Assembly (NCBI GenBank): GCA_963786105.1
Contig: CAWAXX010000023.1
Coordinates: 290,228-354,227, forward strand
Reading direction: 5' to 3'
DNA from: Vulcanimicrobiota bacterium
GTDB taxonomy: Bacteria > Vulcanimicrobiota > Vulcanimicrobiia > Vulcanimicrobiales > Vulcanimicrobiaceae
Length of the DNA stretch: 64,000 nt
The translations under genes and the position numbers were made by a program. The notes under the pieces were generated by a model. That model saw nothing but the letters and a program-made list of their open reading frames with translations. It was not told where the DNA came from and made no database searches. Positions 58,682 to 64,000 of the stretch are shown here, piece by piece; position 1 is the first letter of the stretch; every line of letters starts with the position of its first letter.

Positions 58682-61600
58682 GCCGGTTCTTCACCAGGGG
58701 AAGCGGCTTCCAACGGCACGTCGGGTTGGGTCTTCGGTTTTTTGCGCTCGGCGAACCGCTGGCAGAGCTCGTACAACGACGGTGTAAAGAAGATTCCGAG
58801 ACACGTTGCGGCGAGCATGCCGGCGAAGACGGTCGAGCCGAGCGAGTGCCGCGATGCGGCGCCTGCGCCATGGGCGAACATCAGCGGAATGACGCCGATG
58901 ATGAACGCGAACGACGTCATGAGAATTGGCCGGAAGCGCAGGCGGGCCGCATCGGTTGCCGCCTCGCTGATCGAGGCCCCATGGGCGCGTCTCTCGCGCG
59001 CAAACTCGACGATGAGCACCGCATTCTTGGCTGCCAGGCCGATGACCAGAATCATACCGATCTGCACGTAGATGTTGTTGTCGAGTTTCCAAAGTAGCAC
59101 CGATAGGAATGCGCCGAAGATGCCGGTCGGGACGGCGAGGAGGACGGCAAGGGGCATCGTCCAGCTTTCGTATTGCGCCGCGAGCGACAGAAAGACGAGC
59201 AGCACCGAGAACGCAAAGATGATGTTTTGCGTATTTCCGACCGAGACTTCCTGATACGCGGTGCCCGACCAGCCGTACGTGTAACCGGCGGGAATCGTCT
59301 TCGTCGCAACGTCGGCCATTGCAGCGATCGCCTGTCCCGTGCTGTACCCCGGAGCGTTCGCGCCGAAGATCTCGATCTCGCGGTTCGTGTTGAAGCGTTG
59401 GATGAAATCGGTTCCGAGGCCGCGGCGTACGCTCGACACCGCTCGCAGCGGCACCATTTGACCCGTGTTATTTCGAACGTAAATCGCCGAGATGCTGTTT
59501 TGATTCGCACGGAACTGCGGCTCCGCTTGAATCATCACGTCCCAGGTTCGGTTAAAGTAGGTAAACTCGTCGACGACCAGACCGCCGAGCCATGCCTGCA
59601 GTTGTTTGAAGACGTCGCTCACGGCTACGCCTCTGGTAGCAGCGTTGTCGCGATTGACGTCGAGCTGGAGCTGCGGGACCGAGGTGCGCATCGTGTTGTT
59701 GATCGCCGTGAGCTCCGGTCGCTTGCGAGCTTCGGCGACGACCTTGTCCGCAACGGCGGCGAGCTGGTTGACCGTGTGACCACCGGTATCTTGCAGCTCG
59801 AAGGCGAAGCCCGAGGCGTTCCCCAGCCCCGGGATCGTCGGGGGCACGAACGGGAACGACGCCGCTTGCGGATAGGCGTTCATCTTCTCGTCGATCTGCG
59901 CAATGATATCGTGTAGCGTCAGGTGTTCTTTGGTGCGCTCCTCCCATGGGTGGAGGACGATGATGAAACTCGACGTGTCCGGCACCTGAATGTAGGTGAG
60001 CAAGTTATAGCCGGCAAGCGAGACGACGTCGGCAACGCCGTGTATCGATTTCAAATCATTTTCCATCTTGCCGACGAGTGCGGCATTGCGGTCCAACGAA
60101 GAGCCGTAGGGAAGCTGCACTAGGGCGTAGACCACGCCTTGATCCTCATCGGGCACGAAGCCGCCGGGCAGCTTCATGCCGAGCAGCGCAACGAGTACGT
60201 AGAAGGCGGCCAGCAAGCCCAAAACCAGAATCACGCGCCGCATGAGCCAGCCCAGCAGCCCCATGTAGCCTTTCGTTACCGCTCCAAAGATATTGTTGAA
60301 GTGGTCGATGAACCACCCAAACGGTCCCCACAGGCGCGTTCGCTTGCGAAGGATGATCGCGCAAAGTGCCGGCGTCAGCGTAAGCGCGACGATCGCCGAA
60401 AGATTGACTGAAATCGTGATGGTGAGCGCGAACTGCCGATAGAGCTGACCCGTGATGCCGCTAATGAAAGCCGACGGCAAAAAAACCGACGTTAGGACGA
60501 GCGAGATGCCGAGAATGGGCGCGGTGAGCTCCTTCATCGCCCTCTCAACTGCCGCCAGCGGCTCTAGCCCAGCCTCGATGTGATGCTCGGCGCCCTCCAC
60601 GACGACGATCGCGTCATCGACGACGATGCCGATTGCGAGCACCAAACCGAAAAGCGTCAAGGTGTTGACGCTGAACCCGAGCGGAAGAAATGCGATGAAC
60701 GTTCCAATGAGGGAGACGGGAACGGCCAGCATCGGAATGAACGAAGACCTGAAGCTTCCCAAGAAGATGAAGACGACGATGATGACCAGGACGATCGCCT
60801 CAAAAAGCGTCTTGATCACGTCTTTGATAGAATCTTTGACGAAGAGCGTGCTATCGTAGGCGACCGCGTATTTGAGACTCGCGGGGAAGGCCTTCGAGAG
60901 CTCCTCCATTCTCGCCCGAACGGCTTTCACGGTCGTCAGCGCGTTGGCATCGGGAGTCTGATAGAGAATGACCAGCGTCGCAGGCCTGCCGTTGAGCGAG
61001 CCCAGCGTTTGGTAAAGCTGCGCGCCGAGCTCCACGCGCGCGACGTCTCGTAGCCGCAAGACCGAGCCGTCGGGATTCGACCGCACGGTGACGTCGCCGA
61101 ACTGTTTGGGATCGACGAGCCGTCCCTGCGCGTTCACGGACAGCTGGAATTGATTGTTCTTGGGAGCCGGCAGCGCGCCAACGGCGCCGGTCGGGATCAG
61201 CACGTTCTGCTTGCTAACGGCGTCGGCCAGGTCGCTGGCCTGCAAGCCGAACTTCGCGAGACGGTCGGGGCGGACCCAAGCGCGCATCGCGTAATCCTGG
61301 TCTCCAATGGTACTCTCGCCGCCGATGCCGGGAACCGACAGCAATGGGTTGATGAGATTGAGCGTCATGTAGTTGCTGAGAAAGAGCCGGTCGTACGAAT
61401 TGGTCGGCGAGTAGAGCGCCAGCACCATCAAGATCTGGGGCGATTTCTTCTGAACCGTGATCCCGAACCGGTTGACCGATTCGGGAAGCTTTCCGGTCGC
61501 TTGCCCGACCCGGTTCTGCACGTCGATGAGCGCCTTTTGAATGTCGGCGCCGACTTTGAACGTGCAGTTGAGCGTGTACTGGCCGCTCGACGTGCTCGTC

Positions 61601-61839
61601 GATTGCATGTAAATGAGGTTGTCGACGCCGACGACCTCGTTCTCGATCTCCGATGCGACCGACTGCTCGACGACCGAAGCGCTCGCCCCGATGTACGTCG
61701 TCTGCACTTGAATGAGCGGTGGCGAGATCGGCGGAAATTGCGCGACGGGAAGCACGAGGATCGCGATGCCACCCAGTATGACGATCACGATGGAAAGCAC
61801 CATCGCGAAGATCGGGCGTGTAATGAAGAAGTGTGCCAC
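58678..61839 (-). CDS. RND efflux permease (HAE1/AcrB family)
   Basis: FFITRPIFA, IVVDDAIVVVE, AAKNAVLIVEF, RFRPILMTS; proton-relay residues present. Confidence 0.95.
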   Translation of the reverse strand: MAHFFITRPIFAMVLSIVIVILGGIAILVLPVAQFPPISPPLIQVQTTYIGASASVVEQSVASEIENEVVGVDNLIYMQSTSTSSGQYTLNCTFKVGADIQKALIDVQNRVGQATGKLPESVNRFGITVQKKSPQILMVLALYSPTNSYDRLFLSNYMTLNLINPLLSVPGIGGESTIGDQDYAMRAWVRPDRLAKFGLQASDLADAVSKQNVLIPTGAVGALPAPKNNQFQLSVNAQGRLVDPKQFGDVTVRSNPDGSVLRLRDVARVELGAQLYQTLGSLNGRPATLVILYQTPDANALTTVKAVRARMEELSKAFPASLKYAVAYDSTLFVKDSIKDVIKTLFEAIVLVIIVVFIFLGSFRSSFIPMLAVPVSLIGTFIAFLPLGFSVNTLTLFGLVLAIGIVVDDAIVVVEGAEHHIEAGLEPLAAVERAMKELTAPILGISLVLTSVFLPSAFISGITGQLYRQFALTITISVNLSAIVALTLTPALCAIILRKRTRLWGPFGWFIDHFNNIFGAVTKGYMGLLGWLMRRVILVLGLLAAFYVLVALLGMKLPGGFVPDEDQGVVYALVQLPYGSSLDRNAALVGKMENDLKSIHGVADVVSLAGYNLLTYIQVPDTSSFIIVLHPWEERTKEHLTLHDIIAQIDEKMNAYPQAASFPFVPPTIPGLGNASGFAFELQDTGGHTVNQLAAVADKVVAEARKRPELTAINNTMRTSVPQLQLDVNRDNAATRGVAVSDVFKQLQAWLGGLVVDEFTYFNRTWDVMIQAEPQFRANQNSISAIYVRNNTGQMVPLRAVSSVRRGLGTDFIQRFNTNREIEIFGANAPGYSTGQAIAAMADVATKTIPAGYTYGWSGTAYQEVSVGNTQNIIFAFSVLLVFLSLAAQYESWTMPLAVLLAVPTGIFGAFLSVLLWKLDNNIYVQIGMILVIGLAAKNAVLIVEFARERRAHGASISEAATDAARLRFRPILMTSFAFIIGVIPLMFAHGAGAASRHSLGSTVFAGMLAATCLGIFFTPSLYELCQRFAERKKPKTQPDVPLEAASPGEEPA

Positions 61840-61842
61840 GTG

Positions 61843-63006
61843 CTATTTCGCCTTTACGACGACTTTCACGCCGGGCTGCACCTTCTGGGTCCCCTCGACG
61901 ATGACGCGATCCCCGGAATTGAGACCCGACTGCACGACGAACGACTGTTTATATTGCGTGCCGAGAGTAACCGAGCGAAGCACGACTTCGTTCTTCGAGT
62001 CGACGACGTAGACCGTATCGACGCCCTGCGACTTCGTAATCGCCGTTTGTGGTACGAGCAAAGCGTCGCGCCGGTTTTCGACGACGACGCGCACCCGAGC
62101 GAAGCCGCCCGGACGAAGGAGTCCCTCGGGGTTGGGGAACCTGGCTTCGACGTTGATCGTGCCCGTCTTCGGGTCGACCGTAGGACTGAAGGCGTAAATC
62201 GTTCCCGAGTAAGGATAGCTCTGGTCGTTTGCCAAGATGATTTTCAAGTCTTGATATCTCAGCGAGCGAACGTTAGGATCCGTCCGGTTGCGAGACAAGG
62301 CCAAGTACGTCGGCTCGTCCAGCGCGAAGTTAACCCTGATCGGATCGATCGACGATATCGTGTCGAGCACTTGCGTTCCCTGGCCGCCGACGACGTTGCC
62401 GACGTCGTAGTTGAGAAAGCCGATCAAGCCCGTCACCGGAGCGTAGATCGTCGTGTAGCCGAGGTTGATCTGCGCGTTGTCGATGGCGGCTTGTGCCGAC
62501 GCGATCTGCGCGCGCGAAACCAGCACGTCGCCCTTCGCGATTTCGGCGTTTTGAATGGCATTGTCGAGGTCTTTTTGCGGTATTGCCCTGTCGGCGGCGA
62601 GCGGCCGGTTCCGGGCGACGGTGAGGTTCGCCCGCGCCAGCGCGGCCTCGCGCGCGAAGAGATTGCCGCGCGCTTGTGCGAGCTGCGCCTGGGCCGCTCG
62701 AAGCGCGGCGATATACTCGTTCTGCTGGATCTGAAAGACGAGATCGCCTTTGCGCACGAGGTCGCCTTCTTTGAACGGCGCGCGGTCCAGCGTTCCCTCG
62801 ACGCGCGCGCGAACCTCCACGCTCTCGATCGACCCGAAAGTGCCCTCGTAGTCTTCGGCGATGGGCACGTTTTCGCGGCGAACGGTCTGAACGACCACGC
62901 TCGGCGGCGGAGGCGCGACGTTCGCCTCGTTGTCGGCGTTGCCGCGGCCGCATCCGCTCGGCACGATGCACGCTGCCAGAAGAAAGGCAGCTGCGGTGCT
63001 TTTCAT
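61843..63006 (-). CDS. RND periplasmic adaptor (MFP/AcrA family) lipoprotein
   Basis: ATG 63006 MKSTAAAFLLAACIVPSGC; VEVRARVEG, YTTIYAPVTG, FPNPEGLLRPG. Confidence 0.92.
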   Translation of the reverse strand: MKSTAAAFLLAACIVPSGCGRGNADNEANVAPPPPSVVVQTVRRENVPIAEDYEGTFGSIESVEVRARVEGTLDRAPFKEGDLVRKGDLVFQIQQNEYIAALRAAQAQLAQARGNLFAREAALARANLTVARNRPLAADRAIPQKDLDNAIQNAEIAKGDVLVSRAQIASAQAAIDNAQINLGYTTIYAPVTGLIGFLNYDVGNVVGGQGTQVLDTISSIDPIRVNFALDEPTYLALSRNRTDPNVRSLRYQDLKIILANDQSYPYSGTIYAFSPTVDPKTGTINVEARFPNPEGLLRPGGFARVRVVVENRRDALLVPQTAITKSQGVDTVYVVDSKNEVVLRSVTLGTQYKQSFVVQSGLNSGDRVIVEGTQKVQPGVKVVVKAK

Positions 63007-64000
63007 CCCTGGCTCTTCCAACGCTCGAGGGCGGTCTGCGCGACGTTGGAGAGATCGGCGCCGGATCTCGCCATACGCCTCGTCGGGCAGATTCGCCAGC
63101 GAGACGCGCACCGACCAGTCCGGCGCTGCGAAGCCGCTCCCGTTGAGCAAGACGATGGAATGGAAGGTTGCCAGCGCGAAAACGATCTGCAGCGGGTGGT
63201 AGTTGTCGACCAAGAACTTCATGAACTTCTCTCCGTACGTGAGCTCGGCCCACTTCATGAGGTCCAAGGTCGAGTAGTAGTCCGCTCGGTTCGCGTCGGG
63301 AACGAGCGGCAAGTAAGCCCTTCCAAAGAAGCTCCATGCGCCGTTTGCAGATGCGACGCGTCAGGTCGCGGTAAGCGTTCTTCGCATCGGTGAGTGCGAA
63401 GAGCGAGAAGAACGTCATCATCACCTGCTGCGGCATCGAGAGTCCGGCCGTATGATTGAGCGCGACTTGACGGCTGTCGGCAACGAGGCGATCGATGAAC
63501 TTGATCGTGTCCGGCGTGAGCGTGAGCGGGCTGTACCGCTTGCGCAGGCGCGCTCTCTCTGCCTCGGGCAGCGCGGCGATCATCCCTTCGAAGACGTTGT
63601 CCTGGTGGATCGCGATGACGCCCAGGCGCCAGCCGGTGCAACCGAAGTATTTGGAGTAGGAATAGACCGTGATCGTGTTGCGCGGCGCGTATTTCATGAG
63701 GGACTTGAAGCCGTCGACGAACGTGCCGTAGACGTCGTCGGTGATGATGATGAGGTCCTTGCGCTTCTGCGTTAACGATCTTCGCGATGCGCTCGAGCGT
63801 CGAGCGCTGTATCGCGTACGACGGCGGGTTGCTCGGGTTGACCACGAAGAAGGCCTTGATCTTGGGGTCGAGCAGTTTATCGATCTCGCCGTCGGGATAC
63901 TGCCACGAATGCGCGCCGGACTCGTACGTGCCGCTCGCGTCGATCTCGACCGTTTCGAACGCATACTTGTCGAGATGCGCGATTTCAAGATACGGGGTGA
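63003..64000 (-). pseudogene. aspD: Aspartate 4-decarboxylase, 3' part, with three frameshifts (~63772, ~63313, ~63063; likely sequencing errors)
   Basis: TPYLEI, VNPSNP, TDDVYGTF, YSYSKYFGCTGWRLG, DRLVADSRQVALNHTAGLS, VLLNGSGF, RVSLANL are spread over shifting frames. The corrected end ...IGADLSNVAQTALERWKSQG-TGA overlaps the MFP ATG. Confidence 0.85.

Noticed and set aside
61843..63312. Apparent AspD C-terminus-AcrA fusion ORF (489 aa)
   Set aside because: An extra C near 63063 removes the aspD stop. The corrected frame ends in a TGA overlapping the MFP ATG at 63006, which has its own lipoprotein signal.

Overview
GC-rich bacterial window with no rRNA, tRNA, CRISPR array or transposase that I can recognise. 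The gene families present (many lipoprotein phosphoesterases, NHL/Vgb beta-propeller lipoproteins, a carboxypeptidase-domain TonB-dependent receptor) suggest a diderm soil bacterium, perhaps Candidatus Eremiobacterota/Vulcanimicrobiota; that placement is inference only. Main contents: (1) the 5' part of a MalT/STAND-type regulator running off the left edge; (2) a single ORF fusing a two-domain multicopper oxidase to a ZIP metal transporter, with a DtxR/MntR-like palindrome over its start codon; (3) a HAD hydrolase, PPi-dependent PFK, secreted protein, TonB-dependent receptor and Tat amidohydrolase in one run; (4) twelve paralogous lipoprotein phosphoesterases of the phospholipase C/AcpA family between 13 and 49 kb, interleaved with beta-propeller lipoproteins and carrying variable Cys-closed loops and a conserved C-terminal tail; (5) an operon of DJ-1/PfpI-YHS, AraC, MbnP-like and MbnH-like genes; (6) an operon of aspartate 4-decarboxylase, an RND tripartite pump, an AspT antiporter and a large Orn/Lys/Arg-type decarboxylase. 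Five frameshifts in three genes look more like long-read errors than pseudogenisation. All product calls come from motif recognition by eye, with no database searches.
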